From positions 608,001-672,000 of the forward strand of contig CAVRAY010000002.1 in assembly GCA_963719225.1 (NCBI GenBank): a stretch of DNA of 64,000 nt, read 5' to 3'. Of the stretch, positions 29,857 through 39,054 are shown in pieces. Numbering within the stretch: position 1 is the first letter of the stretch; the number at the start of each line of letters is the position of its first letter. The notes beneath the pieces are model-generated. The model was not told the origin of the DNA and did no database searches. It worked only from the letters and a program-made list of their open reading frames with translations. A program made the translations under genes and the position numbers. The stretch comes from Thermoanaerobaculia bacterium (GTDB taxonomy: Bacteria; Acidobacteriota; Thermoanaerobaculia; UBA5066).

Positions 29857-31537
29857 TCAGCCCGGATCGCGCGCGAGCGCGACGATCGCCTTCCGGAGCC
29901 TCCGATGCCCGTCGAAGAGGCGGACGAAGTCCGACTCGCGCCGCCCGCCCTTGGCGCGGATCACGGCGACGAGCGCGCTCTTCTCGCCCGACGTCCAGTG
30001 CAGGGCGCCCGGCAGGATCGAGACGAGCGGCGCCCAGCGGCGGAACGCGAGGCGCTCCGCGGGCGTCCACGCGGCCGTCCGCGCGCCGAGGAGCCGAGCC
30101 GCTTCGCGGGCCAGGACGGTCTCCGCCCGCTCGCGGTCCGAGCCGAAGCGCGCCGCGACGGCGTCCGTCACCCGGAGGCCGACGTTCGGGAGCTCGACGA
30201 GGCCGATCGCGTCGTTCCGGGGCCTGCCGGCGAACCAGTAGACGTTCTCCGAGGCGAGCGTCCGGAGGTCGGCGGCGGGCGTGCGGTGCTCGGGGTCGTC
30301 CGCCATCCGGCGCTCTTCCTCCTTCATGAGGGCGACGGCGCGCGGGGCGCGCGGGCCGAACCCGAGCTTGCGGTAGAACCACCAGGCGCCGGACTCGAGC
30401 GCCTCGGCGTTCCCGTAGCCGCCGAGCTGGTACGGGAAGATCGTGAACGCGTCGGACCCGAACAGGGCGCGCGCCATCGACAGGACCTTGCCGTAGACGA
30501 GGCCCGACTCGCCGCCGCGGAACGTCTCGAACACGTTGTAGGCGATCTCGGACGACCCGAAGAGAGCGCTCGTGAGGACGTAGCCGATCGGGACGCCGTT
30601 CTTGAGCGTCAGGAACCCGTAGACCGACTCGAGAAGGAGCCGGCGTTCGGGGACGACGCCGATCGCGACGAACGCGAGGCCGTCCGGGAACGTCACGAGG
30701 CGGACGTCGTTCGGGTCGCCCCACTGGAACGCGTCGAGATCCCGCTGGCGCGCGACCATCGCCTCCTTCGCGAGGTCGAGGTAACGGGCGGCCTCCCGGG
30801 GCGCGACGGCCTCGACGGAAAGCGGCGGCCGCGCGATCTCGCTTCCTCACGTCCGGGCGGCCGCGGTCCAGGGGCCGCGTCTGGAAGACGACGGGTCCCG
30901 TGCGCGCGCAGGCGTTCGTCCGGGCCGGCGTGTCTTCGCCGGTCTCGAGGACGAGCGGCAGGGCGAGCGCTTCCCAGGCCGCCTCCCGCTCGAACGTCCC
31001 GCGGCCGAGCCGCGCGAGGCGGCGAACGAGGAACGCGGCGTCCGTTTCCCGCGGGCCCTTCAGGCGATTCACCCAGCCGCGGATCCCGAGGTCGAGCTCG
31101 TCGAGCGCCGGCGTCTCGGCCCAGAGCGACACGAGCGGGAGGAGGCGTTCGAGAGAGGCGCCACTCCCGAGCCTCCTCCAGTCCACGCGAAGACGGTCGC
31201 CCCAACGCGCGGCGAGCCAGCGCGCCGTGCCGGCGAAGAACGGGAACCGGGTGCGCGTCCCCGCGATGCCGCTGTCCTCGAGCGCCGCGCGGTGCCGCCG
31301 CAGGTCGGGTCTCTGCGCGAAACGCGCGAGGAGCGCCGTCGTGCGCGCGAGGACGGCCGCGTCGTCCGGATAGGCGCGCAGGAAGCACAGCGCCTCGTGG
31401 AGACGCTCGACCTGCTTCGCGGTGGGGAGACGGACGCCGGCCAGGACGTCCATCGCCTCGAGGCGCCGCACGGCCGCGGCGGGTCCCCGGTCCGTGCGCG
31501 CGCCCTCGAGCGCGCGAAGGGCGTCGGCCGCGGTCAC
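29857..31537 (-). CDS. Large hypothetical protein with a GNAT-like C-terminal region (1-nt frameshift near 30842)
   Basis: Two frames join as RPDVR.EIARPPL; NVFETFRGGES...NAEALESGAWWFYRKLGF; GTGA-coupled to PadR. Confidence 0.7.
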
Positions 31538-32052
31538 GACCGCCCCCTCTCGGGCGGAGCGAGGGAGCGGCCCGCGAGGAGCGCCGCGGATTCCGCGTCC
31601 GCCCACGCGAGCTCCGTCTCGAGGAGAACCCGGCGGCGGCGCCGCGCGGCGGTCGTGCCGGCAGCGGCGCGCTTGAGCTCGTCGGCGAGAAGAAGGCGGT
31701 ACTCCTGCAGGCGGCGCAGGCGTTCGGGGGGGAGGGTCCGCTCGAGGAGCGCGAGACGCGCGAGCGTCGCGTCGTGCGGACGGGGGAGGTGAAACGGTTC
31801 GGCGAGCCAGTCGCGGAGCTCGCGCCGGCCCGTGGGCGTCACGCGGTACTCGCGTCGGGGAGGACCCTGGGGCGACCGGCGACGCTTGAGCGAGACGAAG
31901 CCGGCGCGCAGCAACCGGCGGAGCGCGGGATAGATCTGGGAGAGATCCGCGTCCCAGCCACGCGCGGGATCCCCGGCGAGGCGGCTCTTGAGGTCCCACC
32001 CGCTCGCCGGAGACTGCGCGAGAAGACCGAGGAGGACGTGGGGGAGGGACAC
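31534..32052 (-). CDS. PadR family transcriptional regulator
   Basis: LLGLL...P.SGWDL...W....SQIYPALRRL...G.V...P.RR.Y.VT..GR.EL..WL. Confidence 0.9.
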   Translation of the reverse strand: MSLPHVLLGLLAQSPASGWDLKSRLAGDPARGWDADLSQIYPALRRLLRAGFVSLKRRRSPQGPPRREYRVTPTGRRELRDWLAEPFHLPRPHDATLARLALLERTLPPERLRRLQEYRLLLADELKRAAAGTTAARRRRRVLLETELAWADAESAALLAGRSLAPPERGRS

Positions 32053-32140
32053 GCCCCGAGTATATGACTCTTCACATACCGGGGTGGAAAACCCGTGCGG
32101 TTCTCTGTGGAAATCCGCCATCCCGAATCGGCCGGCGGAC

Positions 32141-32169
32141 AAAAAAATAAGGGGGCTGGTGTAGCCCCC
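32141..32169 (-). terminator. Intrinsic terminator after the Lys-rich micro-ORF
   Basis: GGGGGCT-ACACC-AGCCCCC-TTATTTTTTT on the minus strand. Confidence 0.85.
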
Positions 32170-32213
32170 GAATCCCGGAAATACCTTGGATTGAGTGAGT
32201 TGAATGAAAGGGC

Positions 32214-32276
32214 TTACTTCTTCCCCTTCTTCCCCTTCTTGGTCGACTTCTTCGCAGCTTTCTTCTTGGCCGGCAT
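32214..32276 (-). CDS. 20-aa Lys-rich peptide MPAKKKAAKKSTKKGKKGKK
   Basis: Strong SD GGAGGTGA 8 nt upstream; own promoter and terminator; too short for the ORF track. Confidence 0.75.
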   Translation of the reverse strand: MPAKKKAAKKSTKKGKKGKK

Positions 32277-32294
32277 GGTTTCTGTCACCTCCTC

Positions 32295-32475
32295 ACTGGC
32301 AGGTTTCGTTGACAGTGCCGGAAGCTGCATGCTAGCTTGGCCGCCCCTCGAAGGACGGGGACTAGCGCTTCCGGATTCTGTCGACTGCCTCGATTCACTC
32401 GTTGACGTCGATAAGTTTCAAAGAACCTGGTTCCCGTGGGACGGCATCGTGAGCTTCGATCACGGCGCCGTCCCT
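32295..32475 (-). ncRNA. Structured 5' leader (unassigned)
   Basis: Nested helices GGGACGGC/GCCGTCCC + CGTGA/TCACG; GGCAG/CTGCC, GACAG/CTGTC, CCGGAAGC/GCTTCCGG, GCTAG/CTAGC, UUCG-containing apical hairpin. Confidence 0.5.
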
Positions 32476-32493
32476 TTTTTCTTCCTGTCGAGA

Positions 32494-32538
32494 ATTGTAT
32501 AGAGGCTTCACATGGCGAATCAAGAATTTTTTTCTTGA
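32494..32538 (-). promoter_or_regulatory. Promoter for the leader/micro-ORF
   Basis: TTGATT-N18-TACAAT with an upstream A-tract; inverted repeat TCAAGAA-N5-TTCTTGA overlapping the -35. Confidence 0.6.
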
Positions 32539-32634
32539 CGCGTGAAGTTTCTTTCACCTGACGTCCTCGACCCGTCGAGGGGTCTCGCGCGCATCCGGGC
32601 TAGGATCGCGCACGGAGACATTCGGAGACATCGC

Positions 32635-33483
32635 ATGACGGACTCACTCGTGCTCGCTCACTCGCCCGACTCCGACGACGCGTTCATGTTCTACGGACTG
32701 CGCGCGAACGCCGTCGACACGGAGGGCGTCAGGTACACGCACACGCTCGCCGACATCGAGACGCTCAACCGGCGCGCGCTCGCGGGCGAGCTCGCGATCA
32801 CGGCGGTTTCGTTCCATGCGTACGCGTACCTCGCGGACCGCTACGTGCTCCTGCCGCACGGCGCCTCGTTCGGCGACGGGTACGGGCCGTGCGTCGTCGC
32901 GCGCCGCGCGGGCGGCCCGGAGACGCTCGCGGACCTCACGGGCCGGCGTGTCGCGATTCCCGGCGCCCTCACGTCCGCCGCGATGTGCCTCTCCCTCTAC
33001 GCGAAGGGGGCGACGCCCGTCGTCATGGCGTTCGACCGCGTCGGGGACGCCGTGAACGCCGGAGAGGTGGACGCGGGCGTCGTGATCCACGAGGGGCAGC
33101 TCACGTGGAAGGACGAGGGGTTCCGCCTCGTCGCCGACTTCGGCGTCGTGTGGAAGGAGGAGACGGGCCTCCCGCTCCCTCTCGGCGGCAACGCCGTCCG
33201 CCGCGACCTCGGGCCGGAGCTCATCGCGCGCGTCTCCCGGGCGCTCGGGCGGTCGATCGCGTACGCCCTCGACCACCGCGAGGACGCCCTCACGGACGCG
33301 ATGCGCTTCGCCCGCGGGCTTCCGCGCGAGAAGGCGGACCGGTTCGTCGGCATGTACGTGAACGACTGGACGCGGTCCTACGGGCCGAGGGGGCGCGAGG
33401 CCGTCCGTCTCTTCCTGAAGAGAGGCCACGAGGCCGGGATCCTCCCGCGGCTCGTCGAGCCGGAGTGGGTGGCGGAGGGTTGA
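32635..33483 (+). CDS. mqnD: 1,4-dihydroxy-6-naphthoate synthase (futalosine menaquinone pathway)
   Basis: AHSPD.DDAFMF, DIETLN, GASFG.GYGP, IHEGQLT, W.EETGLPLPLG, MYVN. Confidence 0.88.
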   Translation: MTDSLVLAHSPDSDDAFMFYGLRANAVDTEGVRYTHTLADIETLNRRALAGELAITAVSFHAYAYLADRYVLLPHGASFGDGYGPCVVARRAGGPETLADLTGRRVAIPGALTSAAMCLSLYAKGATPVVMAFDRVGDAVNAGEVDAGVVIHEGQLTWKDEGFRLVADFGVVWKEETGLPLPLGGNAVRRDLGPELIARVSRALGRSIAYALDHREDALTDAMRFARGLPREKADRFVGMYVNDWTRSYGPRGREAVRLFLKRGHEAGILPRLVEPEWVAEG

Positions 33484-33487
33484 AGGC

Positions 33488-33991
33488 GTGACGAAGGGAG
33501 AGCGCGCTCTCGCCGGGACGTTTCTGTTCGTCGCGGCGCTCTGGTGCGGGACGCTCGCCTTCTTCGGGGCCTTCGGCGCCTGGGTCGTCCTCGAGACGTC
33601 GCCGAGCCGCCACGCGGCCGGGGCCGTGAACGCGGCGCTCCTCGACGTCCTCGACGCGGTCTCGCTCGGCGCCGCGCTTCTCCTCGCGGCGGGCCTCGTC
33701 CTCTGGAACCGTGCGCGGCCCTGGACGGCGCGCGCGCGCGGCTACGCGGTCCGCTTCCTCGCGGTCGCGGCCGTCGCGGCGGCGGCGTCGCTCTTCGTCG
33801 TGACTCCCGAGATGATGGAGCGTCGCGCCCGCATGGGACCGATCGAGCTCGTGCCGAAGCAGGATCCCGCGCGAGCCGCCTGGGGCCGTCTCCACGGCAT
33901 CTCGTCGCTCACGCTCCTCGTGCGGCTCGCCGCCTCCGCGGGAGTCTTCGCGGCGGGCTTCTCGCAGATCCCGAAGGGCGAAGCCCGGTAA
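33488..33991 (+). CDS. DUF4149 family membrane protein
   Basis: Four TM segments; R..AG.V, P.M..R, W.RLHG.S. Confidence 0.75.
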   Translation: MTKGERALAGTFLFVAALWCGTLAFFGAFGAWVVLETSPSRHAAGAVNAALLDVLDAVSLGAALLLAAGLVLWNRARPWTARARGYAVRFLAVAAVAAAASLFVVTPEMMERRARMGPIELVPKQDPARAAWGRLHGISSLTLLVRLAASAGVFAAGFSQIPKGEAR

Positions 33992-34001
33992 CCGGCCGCG
34001 C

Positions 34002-34880
34002 TCAGGCCGCGTGGTGGAGAAAGAACTCCGTCCACCTGCGCTCGTACTCCTCGGGCACGACGGCCTGCGGCTCGTCCGCGTGGTGGCAGTGCCCGCAGGC
34101 CGGCACGCGCCAGAACGTCTTCGGCCCGGCGAGCGCCTCGTAGAGCCGCGGCGAGAAGCGGATCGGTACGAGCGCGTCCGTCTCGCCGTGGACGACGGTC
34201 ACGGGACACGTGACGCGCCTCGCCGCGGCGACGGGGTCCGCGCGCGCGAGGTCGAGGCCTTCCGTCCTCTCGACCCGGCGGACGAGGAGTCGGACGGGCC
34301 CCTCGAGCAGGACGCGCGGCAGCCCGGTGGCACGATGGAGGTAGTGGACGGCCATGACGCGCAGGTCGCCGAACGGCGACTGGAGCCAGAGCGCGGCGGG
34401 CGTCCGGGCGGCCGCGAGCTGCAGCGCGAGGAGGGAGCCGAGCGAGCAGCCGTCGATTCCGAGGCGGGCGGCCGTCACGCCGAAGCGCGCGCCCGCGAGA
34501 TCGAGAAGCAGGAGGAGGTCGGTCGTCTCGCGGATCCCGTACGTGATGCGAGCTCCCGTGGAGGGCGGATGCCCGCGCAGGTGAGGGACGAGGACGTTGA
34601 ACCCGAGCCGCAGGGCGCGCACGGCGTCCCGCGTCCACTCGGCGGCGCCTCCGCCCTTGCCATGGAGGAAGAGGAGAGTCGCGCGCGTCTCGGGGCGCCC
34701 CGGGGACGCGAACAAGGTCACGAGGCGGGCGGGTTCGGCGGGGTCTCCGTCGTGAACGAGCGTCTCCACGAGCCCGGAGCGCCCGGCCGCGGTCCGGACG
34801 GCTTCGTGGAAGGCCTCGACGGACGCCGTCACGGGTGCGAGCCCGACCGGCGAGAGGAGGATTCCCGCGAGCGAGCGCAT
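34002..34880 (-). CDS. Alpha/beta hydrolase
   Basis: FLHG.GG, LRGH, GCSLG, VHG.TD.LVP, CGH. Confidence 0.85.
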   Translation of the reverse strand: MRSLAGILLSPVGLAPVTASVEAFHEAVRTAAGRSGLVETLVHDGDPAEPARLVTLFASPGRPETRATLLFLHGKGGGAAEWTRDAVRALRLGFNVLVPHLRGHPPSTGARITYGIRETTDLLLLLDLAGARFGVTAARLGIDGCSLGSLLALQLAAARTPAALWLQSPFGDLRVMAVHYLHRATGLPRVLLEGPVRLLVRRVERTEGLDLARADPVAAARRVTCPVTVVHGETDALVPIRFSPRLYEALAGPKTFWRVPACGHCHHADEPQAVVPEEYERRWTEFFLHHAA

Positions 34881-34898
34881 GCGCGGCGGCCGACCGGC

Positions 34899-36221
34899 TC
34901 AGGAAGCCTTCGCGGTCTTCTTCTGGACGCCCGCGTCGGCGGCCGCGCGGTAGGCGGCGTTCTGCGGCTCGAGCGCGGCGGCCCGCTTCCACGCGGCGGC
35001 GGCGCCGGCGGCGTCCCCCGTCGCTCCGAGCGCCTGCGCGAGCGCCGCCTGCGCGGCGGCGTCCTCGCCCTGGGAAAGCGCGACGGCACGCCGCGCCTGC
35101 TTGAGCGATTCGGCGGAGTCCTTGAGCGCGAGCGCGGCACGCGCCGCGCGCGTCGCGAGGCCGGCGTCCAGGGCGCCTCCGCCCGTCGTGAGCGCGGCCG
35201 CGAAGGTCTTCTTCGCCTCGGCGGGGCGACCCGTTGCCGCGTATGCCTCCGCGAGGTCGAGCGCGCGCTCGACCCGCACGCCGGAAGCGGCCCCGTTGCG
35301 CTGGGCCGCGGCGCTCGCGCGCTCGTACGCCGCGAGAGCCTCGGCGGCGTGACCCGCTTTCTTCTCGGCCCCGCCGAGCGCCGCGAGGACGTCGGCGTCG
35401 TACGGGCCGTTTTCGCCGACGGCGGCGAGCGTCTCGGCGGCCACGGTGCGCGCCGTCGCGACGTCGCCCCGCTCCCCGAGCGCCGTCACGTACGCGGCGG
35501 CGAAGAATCCGCGCCGCGGATCGTTTCCGAGCCGCGGCAGGAACGTCGCGATGAGGTCGCCGGTCTCGGGGGAGTGGTCGTCGTCGAGCGTCTCGATCGC
35601 GACGAGCTGCGCGAAGAGCTGGAAGACCTCGGGACGGGACAGGTCCCCTTCCTCGGAGACGATCCTGAGGGCGATCGGCCTCAGGCGCACGCGGTCCCGC
35701 CTCAGGGCGAGCGCGTTGCCGAGGCGAAGGGCGTCCTCTCGGTTCCACTTCGTCTTCAGGTTCGCGAGGCCCTCGAGGAGCGGCGTCTTCGACTCGAGGA
35801 TGGCGTCGCCGCCGCGCATGAAGTCGGCGGCCTGGTATCCGCCGACGAGACGGTCGATCTCGTTTCCGTCGCCATCCAGGAACAGGACCGTCGGGAACGA
35901 GAACGCCTGGTAGCGGGCGGAAATCTTCCGGCCCTCGCCCTTCTCGGCGTCGACGCGCGCGGGCACGACGGATTTCTTCGCCCAGGCGACGACTCCCGCG
36001 TCCGCGAACGTCGTTCGGTCCATGATCTTGCAGGGCCCGCACCAGGATGCGACGACGTCGAGCATGACGGGCTTGTGCTCGGCCTTCGCGCGCCTCAGGA
36101 CCTCGGCGAAAGGCCGTCCCTCGCTGAAGGGCACGTGGCCGGCGGGCAACGCCGCGTCCGCGGCGAGAAGGGAAAGAGGGGCGGAGAAGGCCGCAACGAG
36201 GAGGAACCGGGAGAGTCTCAC
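34899..36221 (-). CDS. Exported thioredoxin-fold + TPR protein
   Basis: Signal peptide; KPVMLD..ASWCGPCK.M; FPT.LFLD.DG.E; Ala-rich TPRs. Confidence 0.85.
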   Translation of the reverse strand: MRLSRFLLVAAFSAPLSLLAADAALPAGHVPFSEGRPFAEVLRRAKAEHKPVMLDVVASWCGPCKIMDRTTFADAGVVAWAKKSVVPARVDAEKGEGRKISARYQAFSFPTVLFLDGDGNEIDRLVGGYQAADFMRGGDAILESKTPLLEGLANLKTKWNREDALRLGNALALRRDRVRLRPIALRIVSEEGDLSRPEVFQLFAQLVAIETLDDDHSPETGDLIATFLPRLGNDPRRGFFAAAYVTALGERGDVATARTVAAETLAAVGENGPYDADVLAALGGAEKKAGHAAEALAAYERASAAAQRNGAASGVRVERALDLAEAYAATGRPAEAKKTFAAALTTGGGALDAGLATRAARAALALKDSAESLKQARRAVALSQGEDAAAQAALAQALGATGDAAGAAAAWKRAAALEPQNAAYRAAADAGVQKKTAKAS

Positions 36222-36235
36222 CTGCGAATGATGCC

Positions 36236-37039
36236 TCAGAAGCCGGGGCGGAAGGGGTCGATCGGAGGCGGCGGGGGATCCCCGGGATACGTGACGGACT
36301 CGATGAAAAGGCCCGAGGGCGGGGCCGTCCACGCGGCGCTCTTCGACGTCCGCGTCGCGAGCATCGCCTTGACGTCCGAGACCGCGAGCCGGCCCGTGCC
36401 GACCTCGACGAGCGTCCCCGTGAGCCGGCGGACCATCTTCCAGAGGAAGTGCGACGCGCCGACGCGGAAGAGCAGGAGATCGGGCGCCTCGGGAGGCGTC
36501 TCGAGACGCGCGAACGCGATCTCGACGAGCGTCGAGTCGTGGCCCTCGGCGTTCTCGCAGAAGCTCCCGAAGTCGTGGCGGCCCGGAAGAAGGTCGGCGG
36601 CGGCCTGCATCGCGCGCGCGTCGAGCCGGTCCTTGATCCACCAGACGTAGCGCTTGCCGAACGCGGTGCGCCGCCGCGAGATGCGGTAGCGGTAGACGCG
36701 CGCGGTCGCGTCGTGCCGGGCGTGGAACGCGCGCGGCGCGGGCGCGAGGTTCAGCACGTGGATGTCCGGCGGAAGGCGGTCGTTGAGCGCCTGCCGGATC
36801 TTCCCGAGCTCCGGCGCGCGGGCCTGGAACGAGCCGTGGAGGGACGCGACCTGTGCGAACGCGTGGACGCCGGCGTCCGTGCGACCCGCGCCGTTCACCT
36901 TGACGTCCTCGCCGAGCACGTCGCGGCAGGCGGCCGCGAGCGTGCCCTGAACGGTCCTGGCGTTCACCTGCGACTGCCAGCCACGATACCGCCCGCCGTC
37001 GTATTCGAGGGTCGCGCGGAGGACGGCGGGGGCGCTCAC
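36236..37039 (-). CDS. truA: tRNA pseudouridine(38-40) synthase
   Basis: YDG..Y.GWQ.Q, GAGRTDAGVHA..QV, FHAR.DA..R.YRY, HDF.SF, FLWKMVR. Confidence 0.96.
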   Translation of the reverse strand: MSAPAVLRATLEYDGGRYRGWQSQVNARTVQGTLAAACRDVLGEDVKVNGAGRTDAGVHAFAQVASLHGSFQARAPELGKIRQALNDRLPPDIHVLNLAPAPRAFHARHDATARVYRYRISRRRTAFGKRYVWWIKDRLDARAMQAAADLLPGRHDFGSFCENAEGHDSTLVEIAFARLETPPEAPDLLLFRVGASHFLWKMVRRLTGTLVEVGTGRLAVSDVKAMLATRTSKSAAWTAPPSGLFIESVTYPGDPPPPPIDPFRPGF

Positions 37040-37074
37040 GGTCCCATTGTCGCCTCGAACCCGCTATCCTGCCG

Positions 37075-38271
37075 TTGCTCGTGACGAGCGAGACGCTGGA
37101 AGCCGCACGCCCCTTCACGCGCGCCCGCGACGCGGGTGCCGAGGCCCGCACGGCGGCGGGCCTGAGGGCCCTCGTCTCCGCGCTGAAGGACGCCGCCGGC
37201 GACGCGTGGGCGGGCGCCGCGCTCGGCGGGGCGCTCGGCCGCGGCGAAGGGGCGACGCTCCTCGGCCGGGACGGGAGCGGCCACCCGGCCGACCCCTTCG
37301 AAATCCTCGTCGTTCTCGACGCGCCCGTTCGGGAGGTCCCCGCGATCGCGCGCCGCCTCGTGAAAGCGGCCGGCGAGGCCGCGCGCGCCCGCCGCCTTCA
37401 CGCGAAGGTCGAAGCCGTGGCGCGCCGCGCGCTCGCGCTCCTGCCACCCACGCTCGCGAACATGGAGCTCCTCGGCGCGCGGCGGATCGTGGACGGACCT
37501 GAGGATCTCCTCCCCCTCTTCGAGGACGTCTTCCGGGGCGGTCCCGACCGCTTCGAAGGCGTGCGTCTCCTCGCGAAGACGGGCGCCGGGCTTCTCGCGG
37601 CGGAGCGGCTCGTCGACCGGTCCGCGACCGGGGCGCGGGCGCGCGAGGCGCTGCGGCTCGTTCAGAGCGCGGACCTCGCGCTCGGCGAGTCCGTCCTGAT
37701 CTCGGCGGCCCGCTGGGCGCCGGGGGTCTCGGCGCGCGAGGCGGAGCTTCGGGCGCTCGGCGCGGAATCGCCGGACGGGCCGCGGCGGCCGGGCTTCCAC
37801 GTCCGGATGAGCTGGACGCGCTTTCGGGACCTCGTCGACCGGCACCGGGCCGCCGCCGCGTCGCTCGACGCGCCCGGGGGGCCGGAGAACGTCGACGCCC
37901 GCCGGCAGGTCGCGCGCGCCGGCGACCGCTTCATGGAGGTCCTGCGTCTCTTCGAGGAGGAGCGCCTCGGCGCCGAGCTCCCGAACTGGACCGAGTACGC
38001 GATCGTCCTCGCGCGCCGGCGGAGCGGCGCGGCGGTCTCCGAGCTCTTCGGCGAGGAGGAGGAGATCGAGGACGCCGCGGGTGCCGGCCGGGTCGCGCGC
38101 AAGTCGGCGCGCTCCTGGCCCCTCGCCGAGCGCGTCGCGCCGGCCGCGGCGGCGCTCGTGGACTGGGACCCGGGCGATCTCCCGATCGTCCCCGTCCTCC
38201 TCGACCTGCCCGACACGGCCTCTCGCGACGCGCTCCGGCAGCGCGCGATCGCCTGGGGGGAAGGGGCCTGA
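37075..38271 (+). CDS. Hypothetical protein with a degenerate nucleotidyltransferase-like N-terminus
   Basis: LGGALGRGEG...DPFEILVV resembles the pol-beta NTase motif. Confidence 0.6.
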   Translation: MLVTSETLEAARPFTRARDAGAEARTAAGLRALVSALKDAAGDAWAGAALGGALGRGEGATLLGRDGSGHPADPFEILVVLDAPVREVPAIARRLVKAAGEAARARRLHAKVEAVARRALALLPPTLANMELLGARRIVDGPEDLLPLFEDVFRGGPDRFEGVRLLAKTGAGLLAAERLVDRSATGARAREALRLVQSADLALGESVLISAARWAPGVSAREAELRALGAESPDGPRRPGFHVRMSWTRFRDLVDRHRAAAASLDAPGGPENVDARRQVARAGDRFMEVLRLFEEERLGAELPNWTEYAIVLARRRSGAAVSELFGEEEEIEDAAGAGRVARKSARSWPLAERVAPAAAALVDWDPGDLPIVPVLLDLPDTASRDALRQRAIAWGEGA

Positions 38272-38274
38272 GCC

Positions 38275-39054
38275 CTAGAGCCGGGACCTGCCCCGGGTGA
38301 GGGCGAGGGAGAAATCGAGCAGCGTGTTCGTCCCGCGGACGGCGACGCGCTTCAGGCGAAACGGGTCGGAGAGGTCGGGCGGGATACCGCCGCGGATGAC
38401 CGTCGCGGCGCGGTAGCCCGCCGCACGCACGGCCGCGACGCTCCTGTCGTCGAACGCGCCGTACGGGTAGCAGAAGGACACGACCGGCGCGCCGAGGGCG
38501 GCCTCGAGCGCCGCCTTGCTCCCCGCGACTTCGGCCACGAGGTCCGCGTCCGGGAGTCCCGGGAGCGCGCGGTGCGTCGCGCCGTGCGAGCCGATCTCGA
38601 CCCCCGCCGCGGCGAGGGCGCGCACGCCGTCCGCGCCGAGGAGCGCGTCGCCGGGCGTCTCGCCGTCCCAGTCGTTGACGCCGCCGAGCCTGCCGGAGAC
38701 GACGAAGACCGTGGCTCCGAAGCCGTGCGCCTTCAGGACCGGCAGCGCGCGGGTAAGGACGCCGGCGTATCCGTCGTCGAACGTGAGGACGGCGCGCGCC
38801 TGGGGCGAGACGGGACTCTCGAGGACGTCGCGCAACGCGACGCCGCGGATGCCGCGCCGCGCGAGAACGTCGAGCTGGCGCGCGAAGTCCTCCGGGAGGA
38901 CGCGCCAGCGGTTCAGGCGCGAGCCGTGGAGGTGCGGTCCGATCTCGTGGTACATGAGGATCGGCGTGCCCGGCCGTCTCGGGCGCCACCAGGTGAACCG
39001 CAGGGAGAGGGCGGCGCCGAGCGCGGCGAGGGCGGAGGCGAGGACGCCCGTCAT
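38275..39054 (-). CDS. Polysaccharide deacetylase
   Basis: PILMYH, LTFDDGY, EIGSHG.TH, FCYPYG. Confidence 0.93.
   Translation of the reverse strand: MTGVLASALAALGAALSLRFTWWRPRRPGTPILMYHEIGPHLHGSRLNRWRVLPEDFARQLDVLARRGIRGVALRDVLESPVSPQARAVLTFDDGYAGVLTRALPVLKAHGFGATVFVVSGRLGGVNDWDGETPGDALLGADGVRALAAAGVEIGSHGATHRALPGLPDADLVAEVAGSKAALEAALGAPVVSFCYPYGAFDDRSVAAVRAAGYRAATVIRGGIPPDLSDPFRLKRVAVRGTNTLLDFSLALTRGRSRL

Noticed and set aside
6630-30850. Programmed frameshifting or true pseudogenes at 6640 and 30842
   Set aside because: Single extra bases without slippery heptamers; similar indels hit glmU, pointing to assembly noise.
32214-32276. Lysine attenuator leader peptide
   Set aside because: Downstream genes (PadR operon) are unrelated to lysine and have their own -10 box; no antiterminator overlapping the ORF was evident.
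32295-32475. 6S RNA, SRP RNA or a known riboswitch
   Set aside because: Lacks the SRP helix-8 motif, the 6S long rod with central bubble and any riboswitch consensus I recognise; left unassigned.
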